Shown here in pieces: positions 24,800 to 32,387 of a DNA stretch of 45,908 nt. Both the position numbers and the translations under genes were made by a program. The notes under the pieces are model-generated. The model was not told where the DNA came from, did not search any database, and saw nothing but the letters and a program-made list of their open reading frames with translations. Source of the DNA: a virus; IMG/VR virus record IMGVR_UViG_3300017643_000011, positions 1 to 45,908 of that record, one strand, 5' to 3'. Position 1 is the first letter of the stretch, and every line of letters starts with the position of its first letter.

Positions 24800-25268
24800 C
24801 TCCCCTCGCCAGACCGAGACGGGAGGCCTTTATCTTGACGGCCGACTCGGTCCGGCCGAGCGCCGCGGCGCACTCGCGCACGCCGTGGTCGTGGTAGTTC
24901 TCCCCGAGCCATTCGGTCTCCTCGGGGGTCCAGCCCTGCTCGAGCGTGAAGTGCATCTGCGAGAGCGCCTTGTAGACGGTCCCGGGCGTGCGGCCAAGCT
25001 CCCGCGCTATCGCGTAGACCGTCATCCCTCGACGGCGCATCTCGGTGAGCCTCGCGCGTTCCCCCGTGGTCCAGGGGCGCGTCCGGCCCTCGTGGCCCGT
25101 GGCGTCCAGCTCGCGCAGGGCCTCCATCGCCCTCTCGCGGTCGGTGCCAAGGTCGATCCGTATGTTGGTGGGTCCCGTGGTCGAGCCGAGCCGTTCCGGC
25201 TCCACCGGGACGTCGGCGACCCAGTGGCCGTCCTCCCGCAGCCTGGGGAGTGTGACGCCCGCAGACAT
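24777..25268 (-). CDS. DNA-binding protein with two Myb/SANT-like HTH repeats
   Basis: 'WTTGERARLTEMRRRGMTVYAIAREL' and 'WTPEETEWLGENYHDHGVRECAAAL'. ATG 25268 forms an ATGA overlap. Confidence 0.5.
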   Translation of the reverse strand: MSAGVTLPRLREDGHWVADVPVEPERLGSTTGPTNIRIDLGTDRERAMEALRELDATGHEGRTRPWTTGERARLTEMRRRGMTVYAIARELGRTPGTVYKALSQMHFTLEQGWTPEETEWLGENYHDHGVRECAAALGRTESAVKIKASRLGLARGGGDVAQG

Positions 25269-25417
25269 CACAGCACCCATGCCAGTACGAACGGCGAGAG
25301 GATTCCGGCCCAGATCAGTACGGCTTCCATCCAATCGCGTATACAATGCTTGTTGTCCATTGGCTTCTCCGGTTCTTTGGACACGGCCCTCCGTGGTTGC
25401 ACCCACGTGAGGGTCAT
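25268..25417 (-). CDS. possible small membrane protein
   Basis: C-terminal hydrophobic stretch 'AVLIWAGILSPFVLAWVL'. Its stop overlaps the next start (ATGA). Start uncertain. Confidence 0.3.
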   Translation of the reverse strand: MTLTWVQPRRAVSKEPEKPMDNKHCIRDWMEAVLIWAGILSPFVLAWVL

Positions 25418-25560
25418 CTGCTTTTCATCTCGGCTCTTTCCGAGGGCCGAAGACGTGCGTCGATCAGCCGCCACAGGTTCCCCCTGCTCGCGGTTCGACG
25501 GTATGCGGCTGTCAAGGTGCGATGGTGCTTTTCTGATGTATCGAGGAGCCAGTCGGTGGA

Positions 25561-25782
25561 TTATCCGAACTTCAAACTGCGCTTGATGCTGACGCCTACT
25601 AGCTCTTCCATCGAGCAGTTGTAGAGCTGCGCCATAGCCGCAACCACATCAACACGTGGGGCCTTCTCGTGACGCTCGTAGCTGCTGATTGCTGCCTGGG
25701 AGATTCCGAGCCTTTCCGCCGCCTCCCTTTGTGTCAGTTCGGCAGACTTACGAAACGCTCGGTAACGTGTCTTGTTTTCCAT
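25561..25782 (-). CDS. Cro-like XRE HTH regulator (heads the early operon)
   Basis: 'LTQREAAERLGISQAAISSYERHEK'. SD AAGGAGG. Divergent from the second HTH gene. Confidence 0.8.
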   Translation of the reverse strand: MENKTRYRAFRKSAELTQREAAERLGISQAAISSYERHEKAPRVDVVAAMAQLYNCSMEELVGVSIKRSLKFG

Positions 25783-25933
25783 CTTCGCCTCCTTTCACCA
25801 TTCTCATAATATCATCTAAATAGTATCACGCAAGTATTTTTTTTCTTTGTAAATATCGGCTACGCGATATTGTTTTTTTGGTACTAGGTATATAGTGTGT
25901 AGCTACAGCAAGATATGGGGCAAGGAGGCCGTT
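25783..25933. promoter_or_regulatory. immunity switch intergenic region with palindromic operator candidates
   Basis: AT-rich 151 bp. Palindrome AATATCG-6 nt-CGATATT at 25852-25871. Further ATATC/GATAT half-sites near 25808 and 25911. Confidence 0.5.
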
Positions 25934-26170
25934 ATGTCCTATCACTTCAATACTGAGCTGTTTGGTCGCAGGATGCGGGAGGCTCGTCTCAACGCCCATC
26001 TCACACAGGACGAGGCGTCTGCGAAGTCTGGCATATCACAGAGCAACATCAGCACCTATGAGCGCGGTGCGCTTCCCATCATCGATACTGCCATGGCTCT
26101 TGCCGATCTCTATGGGGTTTCAGTGAGTTGGCTCGCTGGCATGACCGATGATCCCAAAGGGACGCGGTAG
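25934..26170 (+). CDS. CI-like XRE HTH repressor (short, no peptidase domain)
   Basis: ATG 25934 after AAGGAGG. 'LTQDEASAKSGISQSNISTYERGA'. Confidence 0.8.
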   Translation: MSYHFNTELFGRRMREARLNAHLTQDEASAKSGISQSNISTYERGALPIIDTAMALADLYGVSVSWLAGMTDDPKGTR

Positions 26171-26304
26171 GCGGGGCGTTCGAGTATGTGCGTGGGCTGT
26201 CCATGTATAGAACACTAGTTCTAATGCCGGACAGAAATGTTTCAGACAGGGGAAGTCTCGGTCAGCGGTATAAGACTCCTCGCGATGCACGCATCTGAGA
26301 TTTT

Positions 26305-26337
26305 TGCTGCCAAATCTGCTGCCAAGTTGCTGCCAAA
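26305..26337 (+). repeat. three direct TGCTGCCAA(A) repeats (candidate integrase arm-type sites, arm 1)
   Basis: Copies at 26305, 26317 and 26328. The same 9-mer is repeated three times at 26533-26565. Confidence 0.7.
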
Positions 26338-26342
26338 CAAAA

Positions 26343-26372
26343 GAGGTCACGGGAAACATAGCCCGTGACCTC
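26343..26372 (-). terminator. hairpin terminator following the tRNA 3' fragment
   Basis: 11-bp perfect stem GAGGTCACGGG/CCCGTGACCTC, followed on the minus strand by TTTTGTTT. Confidence 0.55.
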
Positions 26373-26380
26373 GTCATTTA

Positions 26381-26430
26381 TGGTGGGCGTTGCAAGATTT
26401 GAACTTGCGACCTCTTCCGTGTCAGGGAAG
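26381..26430 (-). other. attP core: 3' portion of a long-variable-arm tRNA (variable arm, T-arm, acceptor 3' strand, CCA)
   Basis: Minus strand reads CTTCCCTGACACGGAAG-AGGTC-GCAAG-TTCAAAT-CTTGC-AACGCCC-A-CCA. No matching 5' acceptor strand or D-arm lies upstream. Confidence 0.65.
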
Positions 26431-26532
26431 TTAGGGTATAGTCGATTATCTGCCGACACTGCATCTACCTGCTAATATGTTGAGCACGAAAGAGGTCATA
26501 GGTGCTAGAATCGTCTAAAAACGGAGATGATT

Positions 26533-26565
26533 TGCTGCCAAATCTGCTGCCAAATCTGCTGCCAA
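26533..26565 (+). repeat. three direct TGCTGCCAA(A) repeats (arm 2), abutting the int ribosome-binding site
   Basis: Copies at 26533, 26545 and 26557 with 12-bp spacing. The int ATG is at 26586. Confidence 0.7.
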
Positions 26566-26585
26566 AAAAGGAGGACATATAAAAT

Positions 26586-27689
26586 ATGGAACTCGGTGGG
26601 GACTATCTCAGAAAGCGTGGCGACAAATGGCAACTGTGCATAAGATATCGAATCGATGACAATGACACGTGGCACATCAAGACGCACACGAGTGCGGCCA
26701 CCACGAAGCGTGACGCGAAGGCAGACATGCGCCAATGGCGAGACACGCTTGAAGGGCAAATCATCGCCGGTGATACCGCCGCCTACATCGCCGACTACGT
26801 GGATCGCTATGTGGACATGCTGGAGTCGGCCCATACCATCCGTCCGAACACGGTGGAGGGCTACCGATATGCGGCACTGCACATTCGCAAGGCTTTCGCC
26901 ACGACCCCACTGGACCGTCTGACAGCTCAGAAAGTGCAGAAGTGGGAAGCGTCCATGCTCTCCACCGGAAAATCCGTGGAGACCGTCACGAAGACCCACA
27001 GACTACTCAAGGCCGCCCTCGCGTATGCCGTGGAGGTGGACGACATCACCAAGAACCCCGTAGCTGCCGTGAAGCCACCGAAGATGCCGGCAAGACACCC
27101 GAACGCCCTCGATGCAGCAACGCGCAAGCGTCTCATGGAATCCCTCGACATGATGGGAGACTCCCCCGTCACGATGGCCGCGTGGATCGCCATGTGCGGC
27201 GGGCTTCGCGAGGGCGAGATATGTGGCCTCCGATGGGATGACGTGGACATGCGGGACGGCACGATGTGGGTCCGACGCGCGATAGCCCATACCAAAGCCG
27301 GAATGTACGTCAAGGAACCCAAGTCAGGACATGCACGAGACGTACCCATCACCGACACGCTCATGCGTCACCTCAAGGCGTGGCATGAGTACAGCACGTC
27401 CATCTACGTCATAGGCAAGGGCAAGGACTACCACAACCCGGCCATGCTCGGCAAGGAGTGGCGCACGATCTCGCGGGCACTCAACCTCGTCGGCACCGAA
27501 GGCCGGACCTGCACCTTCCATGACCTGCGCCACACCTTCGCCACCGCCGCCATAGCAGCGGGAGTGGACGTCAAGACGGTCTCGAGCATCCTGGGACACG
27601 CCAACGCCGCCATGACGCTCAACGTCTACGCGTCGGCCGACCCAGACGCGAAGAGGCGAGCGGCGAGTGTCATCGACGCCGCCATATGA
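26586..27689 (+). CDS. int: tyrosine integrase
   Basis: 'GLREGEICGLRW' (Arg), 'FHDLRHTFAT' (H-x-x-R), 'LGHANAAMTLNVYAS' (His...Tyr). SD AGGAGG. Confidence 0.9.
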   Translation: MELGGDYLRKRGDKWQLCIRYRIDDNDTWHIKTHTSAATTKRDAKADMRQWRDTLEGQIIAGDTAAYIADYVDRYVDMLESAHTIRPNTVEGYRYAALHIRKAFATTPLDRLTAQKVQKWEASMLSTGKSVETVTKTHRLLKAALAYAVEVDDITKNPVAAVKPPKMPARHPNALDAATRKRLMESLDMMGDSPVTMAAWIAMCGGLREGEICGLRWDDVDMRDGTMWVRRAIAHTKAGMYVKEPKSGHARDVPITDTLMRHLKAWHEYSTSIYVIGKGKDYHNPAMLGKEWRTISRALNLVGTEGRTCTFHDLRHTFATAAIAAGVDVKTVSSILGHANAAMTLNVYASADPDAKRRAASVIDAAI

Positions 27690-27746
27690 TTCATGTCCCA
27701 CTCATGTGCTATAAGGTCCGTGTCGTTCTCGAAGGGAGGCGTTCAT

Positions 27747-27846
27747 ATGAAATGTCCGAAGTGCGGCAGGCGGTGCCATCATGGGCAAGAAGGGCAAATA
27801 CGAGCTGGTCTGCAACAAGTGCGGCCATCGTTGGTCGGCAAGATGA
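27747..27846 (+). pseudogene. possible frameshifted mini zinc-ribbon gene
   Basis: MKCPKCG... (frame of 27747) and ...KGKYELVCNKCGHRWSAR (frame of 27781) are offset by 1 nt. Together they would form a CPKC...CNKC ribbon. Confidence 0.3.
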
Positions 27847-27927
27847 CGAATCGGGCGAAAGTTCGGCATGCGATAAGATATAAAATTTAGTATTTTCAGA
27901 TGCCGTGAGAATGACAGGCCATACGAA

Positions 27928-28875
27928 ATGAATAGATATGACAAGCTATACATAATCGGCAATGGACTCGATTTGCATTGTGGTATGCCGACCAAATACA
28001 GTGATTTCAGGGAGTATATGTTTGATACCCTCGACAAAACATATGGATACGACGGTTTCGGGCAGTTCATAGATAGGTATCCTAATCTTTGCCCCGATTG
28101 GCATAATTTCGAAGATGCGTTGGGACAGATTACCTGTCAGCCTATCAGTGATAGTTTTGAGGAATATCACGATATGTATGAAGCTGAAGTCGATCCAATG
28201 GATGACCCCGACTATGCAGTAGTAAATGCGTCAGAAAACACAGAAGAGGAGGTCAGCTCCTTCGACGAAGAGTCACTTAGAAAATACCTGCGGGAATGGG
28301 TTAGGAGTATTCCATTACCATCAGGTTTGTCCTTCGAGACACTTGGCATCATCGATACAGAAGGCACGCTATATATTAGCTTTAATTATACAAAAACTCT
28401 TGAGCAGGCGGGTGTCGATTCATCTCGAATCTGCCATATCCACGGTGCAATTTCAGATGAAAGTAATGATCTTGTCATAGGTCACGCCGCCCCAACTGGC
28501 AACATTAAAAAGTCAATCGATGACGCTGACACGAAATACTGTCCTTCCATTGAAGACAGACAACAGGATTTCTTTCCACATGGTGCATTCGACAAGGCAA
28601 ACCGCATTGTCGATGCAACCGAGAAACAAACGTTTGATCTCATCGCCGCGCACAAGGACTTTTTTGAACTCATCTCGGGTGTCAAGACAATCGAGACTCT
28701 TGGCTTTGGCTTTGGCGAGGCAGATATGCCGTACATCGAGAAAATCGCTTCCATTGCTTCAAAATCTGTCTCGTGGGAAATACGCTGTCATGACACAACC
28801 GCACGTGACGAGGCACAAAAGATGCTACAGAAGCATTCTCTCGAGTTATCCGCACACATTAGCGAGAGTTACTAG
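27928..28875 (+). CDS. AbiH-family abortive-infection protein
   Basis: 'KLYIIGNGLDLHCGMPTKYSDF', 'ISFNYTKTLE', 'ICHIHG', 'LVIGH', 'LGFGFGEADMPYI' follow the AbiH family pattern. AT-rich codon usage. Confidence 0.75.
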   Translation: MNRYDKLYIIGNGLDLHCGMPTKYSDFREYMFDTLDKTYGYDGFGQFIDRYPNLCPDWHNFEDALGQITCQPISDSFEEYHDMYEAEVDPMDDPDYAVVNASENTEEEVSSFDEESLRKYLREWVRSIPLPSGLSFETLGIIDTEGTLYISFNYTKTLEQAGVDSSRICHIHGAISDESNDLVIGHAAPTGNIKKSIDDADTKYCPSIEDRQQDFFPHGAFDKANRIVDATEKQTFDLIAAHKDFFELISGVKTIETLGFGFGEADMPYIEKIASIASKSVSWEIRCHDTTARDEAQKMLQKHSLELSAHISESY

Positions 28876-28933
28876 GCGGCAGAAGTAGCAGAACAATATA
28901 TGGCATAGGCCACCAATCCAAGGAAGTCAGGTT

Positions 28934-29047
28934 ATGTATAACCCCTTTCACGACGAGAGCGGAAACGAAATCGACCTTCACAAGGTCTCGTTTGGCGTGC
29001 TCTCCCTCCTAAGCAAGGTCGAGAAAGACTACTTGAACGAATACTGA
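28934..29047 (+). CDS. possible 37-aa ORF downstream of abiH
   Basis: ATG after AAGGAAG. Followed by hairpin CGGGATT...AATCCCG (about 29064-29098) and T-rich sequence. Very short, so speculative. Confidence 0.2.
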   Translation: MYNPFHDESGNEIDLHKVSFGVLSLLSKVEKDYLNEY

Positions 29048-29264
29048 AGCGTCTGCCGATAAACGGGATTATGTCTTGTCGGTTTGCGGGAAATCCCGTG
29101 TATGTTTGTCCGAATCTCCAGCGAACAGGCCTTAGAACGCCTTACAGCAAGCCATCTACCTGGCATTTTGCCATATAGTTTGAGAGTACTTCATTACATA
29201 GAAACAGTGTCGATATTCGGTATTATTTTGAAAGAACATGTCTCGTTAAAACAGACGGGTGAAT

Positions 29265-29852
29265 ATGGATATCGGACAAATCATCTCCGTACTAACGTTA
29301 TTTTTTATTGTTGGCGGATACTTGCTCAAGAGAGTTCTGGAAAAAACAATCGACGCCGCAGTGACCTCATCATTTGAAAAGCATCTTGAATACTATCGAG
29401 ACGATCTTTCGCGAGCGTTCGTTGCACGGAAGTTTATGCTCAGCCGCGAAATGAAGTTTTTTGATCTGGCCGATAGGCAGCTTGCCGAACTGATTCCTCT
29501 AATTCAGGATCTAAATCGGACAGTCCAGGATGGGTCCTTTAATGCGTTCGATAAGAAGTGCTATATAAGATATACCGAGCTGATTCTTGCGATGAAAAAC
29601 ATGTGGTTAACATATGAATCATATATAGAAGATAGAAACGTCTGCCAAGGCTATGTTGAGCTTGTGTCTCAAATGCAGGAGGATGCTCCCATGTGGATGG
29701 GCTGGGCGGAAGCACTTTCCGGTAAACGAGAGATCACCGCGGAAATGAAAACTGATGCGGGGCGTCTTTGCGATGGCTTGCTAAAGAACATTGCCCATAT
29801 TCGCTGTGACCAACGTGATTACTTGAAATCAATATCGAGTAAGGGAAAGTAG
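29265..29852 (+). CDS. single-pass membrane protein, unknown function (island 1)
   Basis: N-terminal TM 'IISVLTLFFIVGGYLL' followed by about 170 aa of helical-looking sequence. AT-rich. Confidence 0.6.
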   Translation: MDIGQIISVLTLFFIVGGYLLKRVLEKTIDAAVTSSFEKHLEYYRDDLSRAFVARKFMLSREMKFFDLADRQLAELIPLIQDLNRTVQDGSFNAFDKKCYIRYTELILAMKNMWLTYESYIEDRNVCQGYVELVSQMQEDAPMWMGWAEALSGKREITAEMKTDAGRLCDGLLKNIAHIRCDQRDYLKSISSKGK

Positions 29853-29926
29853 TATTTTGCCGCTGGTCTGAGAAACTCACATCAGTGATGCAATTCCATT
29901 TTCAATAACCGCGATGGTAGGCAGTG

Positions 29927-29960
29927 AGCATCGTTCGACCAGTGGTGAACGATGCTTTTG
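29927..29960 (+). terminator. rho-independent terminator
   Basis: AGCATCGTTC-(10 nt)-GAACGATGCT followed by TTTTG. Confidence 0.55.
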
Positions 29961-30316
29961 CGCGCGACACACGAGAATGTTGCTACGCCACTCTCGCGTC
30001 GAACGATTACGGCAACGGCCCCAGCCGGTCCCTTCGGTTCGGTGCTCACAACCCAAGACGTGAACAGAGTCCGGCTACGGTCATAATCTCACGCCCGGCA
30101 TGGACTTCGAGCATGATCCAGGTTGCAGGCGTCACGGTTGCTATGTAATTGGTCATGAACAGGACGAATTGGATGCACGAGAGGAATTAGCTGAGATACA
30201 ACAGGGCCTGGTTTCAATTGCTGCTGTTTATGCTGGCAGTGATAGTGATATGATTTCAAACAGATGTGGGTACCAGTGCAGATTGGAGAACATCTGTGGA
30301 CCAGAACACAGCCACT

Positions 30317-31120
30317 ATGATTGCTGCACTTGCTGCTTGCGGCGCTGCAGTATTTTCCTTTTTTCAGACGAAAATGATGTACAAGGCTTCGAAACATGAT
30401 GCATATGTGCAGAAGAATTTACAGTCTGCATCACTTGCGTTATTCTATGCAACTCAAATAATTCCTAGATGCTCCTATATGCATATGGCACTTGCACACT
30501 CAGATGCGTATGCATCACTTAAGAGTGACCTTTCAAAGAGCTACTATCGAAAGGGTCCGGTTAAGTTCGATTCGGATGAGTTTAAATGCATCACTGGGAA
30601 AACTCCTTTTGACTTCACGAAAGCACTTTGGAAGGAATTGGAAACAGATGATAGCAACGTCTTTCATGACACGATGAGAGCGCATATATATCTGCAAATT
30701 TCCTATCCATCGATTGGAAGCCAGATTAACCCCACTATTCCCGATCAGGATGAAGAAACTGACAAAGTAGCATGTGATAAAACTAATGTGTTCCTGCTAA
30801 AAGAAGAATTTTCCACAATAGCTGTTGAGTTACTTAATGACCTTGAGTATTTCAGCATGTCAATAAACACCGGAGTCGCGGATAGCGATACTTTGTATCC
30901 GTCAATACATCAGACTTTCTTTGATATTGCAAGAGAGCTGTATTGGTGCATCTGCAATACAAATAAGACAACGGAAAAGGCAGCGGATAGATATTACACA
31001 CATGTTATAGATTTATATAACTCATGGCAGGAGGAATGTGATAGCTGCTCAAAAAGACTTGATAACGAGAAAACTACTTCAAATGAAATATATAAAATAA
31101 ATAGGGATGCTGCTCTGTAA
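30317..31120 (+). CDS. single-pass membrane protein, unknown function (island 1)
   Basis: TM 'MIAALAACGAAVFSFF' followed by about 250 aa. Alternative GTG start at 30266. The segment 'LNDLEYFSMSINTGVADSD...' faintly recalls DUF4760-type proteins (memory only). Confidence 0.6.
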   Translation: MIAALAACGAAVFSFFQTKMMYKASKHDAYVQKNLQSASLALFYATQIIPRCSYMHMALAHSDAYASLKSDLSKSYYRKGPVKFDSDEFKCITGKTPFDFTKALWKELETDDSNVFHDTMRAHIYLQISYPSIGSQINPTIPDQDEETDKVACDKTNVFLLKEEFSTIAVELLNDLEYFSMSINTGVADSDTLYPSIHQTFFDIARELYWCICNTNKTTEKAADRYYTHVIDLYNSWQEECDSCSKRLDNEKTTSNEIYKINRDAAL

Positions 31121-31132
31121 TGCAGCATCCCT
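31103..31132. terminator. bidirectional hairpin terminator
   Basis: AGGGATGCTGC-(8 nt)-GCAGCATCCCT, spanning the stop codon, with T/A-rich flanks on both sides. Confidence 0.5.
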
Positions 31133-31159
31133 ATTTGCCAACCTATTGCTAAGAAACCA

Positions 31160-31408
31160 TCACTCCTTGGAATCTTCCTCTTTAGCATTAGATTCAGATT
31201 CACTCTTCGCAGCTTCACTGTCCGACTTTTCCCAGTCCTCTACGAAAGAACCCCACATATCTTGCACTCCTTTCAGCAGAAGCGACCTTGTGGACCAAAT
31301 TGATTCGTTTCCGCAAAACCAGGGGCGAATCAATTGACCTCTTAATACTATAGACCAAACACACGATTGTGATAGGCGATCTTCGTCAAGAACTCGGCGC
31401 AAATACAT
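31160..31408 (-). CDS. possible small acidic protein
   Basis: 82-aa ORF ending at the bidirectional terminator. C-terminal 'EKSDSEAAKSESESNAKEEDSKE'. Weak evidence. Confidence 0.3.
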   Translation of the reverse strand: MYLRRVLDEDRLSQSCVWSIVLRGQLIRPWFCGNESIWSTRSLLLKGVQDMWGSFVEDWEKSDSEAAKSESESNAKEEDSKE

Positions 31409-31473
31409 ACGAACAAACTCGACCCACTTTCCACACCCAACCTAACACAAAAGGGACCTGTTCGAAAGCTCTC

Positions 31474-32271
31474 CTATTTCTGCCTATCCTCGGTCTCCAC
31501 GTCACTCAGCGCCCACAGGTCGTAGGTGAGGTCCGCGTCGAGCAGGTAGGCCTCGGGGAGCCAGAAGTTGCCGTGGTCGCCCCATGCCGCGCCCCACGAG
31601 TTGCGGAGCAGCCAGAGGAGCGCCCCCGTGTCGGCACGCTTCCAGCCCATGAGCCACACCTCATGGCCGCCGAGGCTTCGCTCCCTCGCCCTGGGCAGCG
31701 GCACCAGCCCGGTCCTCGTCACCTCGTCGCTCTCGAACGACTCGTAGACGCCGATGCCGACGCAGGGCGGGCGGTCCGCGAGGATGGCCTGCATGATGGC
31801 ACCCTCGTCCATAGGCACGCGCTCGTGGGTGATGCCCTGGTTCAGAAGGGCCTCGGCGTATGCCTCGTCGGGGGGCCTGACGCCGAAGGTCTCCTTGCAG
31901 TAGGGCACGGTGCTCTCCAGGCATATGCCCCGCGTCTCGGCCGCCGTGACCATCGAACGCCCCGTGCTGCCGACATCCAGCCCTGCGTTCCCGTCAAGCT
32001 CAAGCTCGTTGTTGTACTGGAAGTTGCGCGAGAAGGTCTTGAACCCCCCGCCCTCCTCGCGCTGCTGCCTGTAGGCCATGTCGACGCAGAGGGCGTTGGC
32101 CGTGCAGCTCCCCTCGGCGTCGGGAACGTTCTGGTCGAACACGAGGACGGGTGCCCGGTTCGCCACGTCGAGGTAGGTGTCGGGGACGGGAAGCTCGGGA
32201 CCCGCGAGACGGAGGAGCCTGTCCTGCTCGGGGTGCTCGTCCCGATGTGCGCCGTACAGGTATCTCGACAT
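31474..32271 (-). CDS. papain-like (C1 family) cysteine peptidase
   Basis: 'EGSCTANA' (Cys), 'LGGHEVWLMGW' (His), 'RNSWGAAWGDHGNFW' (Asn-Ser-Trp block). ATG 32271. No signal peptide seen. Confidence 0.75.
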   Translation of the reverse strand: MSRYLYGAHRDEHPEQDRLLRLAGPELPVPDTYLDVANRAPVLVFDQNVPDAEGSCTANALCVDMAYRQQREEGGGFKTFSRNFQYNNELELDGNAGLDVGSTGRSMVTAAETRGICLESTVPYCKETFGVRPPDEAYAEALLNQGITHERVPMDEGAIMQAILADRPPCVGIGVYESFESDEVTRTGLVPLPRARERSLGGHEVWLMGWKRADTGALLWLLRNSWGAAWGDHGNFWLPEAYLLDADLTYDLWALSDVETEDRQK

Positions 32272-32387
32272 GCGGTCTCCAATCAAGAAAGAGGAGGGAC
32301 GCCCTCCCGGACGGCCTTCCTCCTGTTTCACTCGCCTTGCTGTAAGGCTCTCTAAGCCCTTGTGATGGATGGTGTGGGGCAGTGGGC

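Noticed and set aside
26381-26470. Complete tRNA gene on the minus strand
   Set aside because: Only the variable arm, T-arm and acceptor 3' strand are present. The required 5' acceptor strand (GGGCGTT) and D-arm are absent. The only upstream stem-loop (GTCGG-CAGATAA-TCGAC) has A instead of U at position 33. It was interpreted as the attP core.
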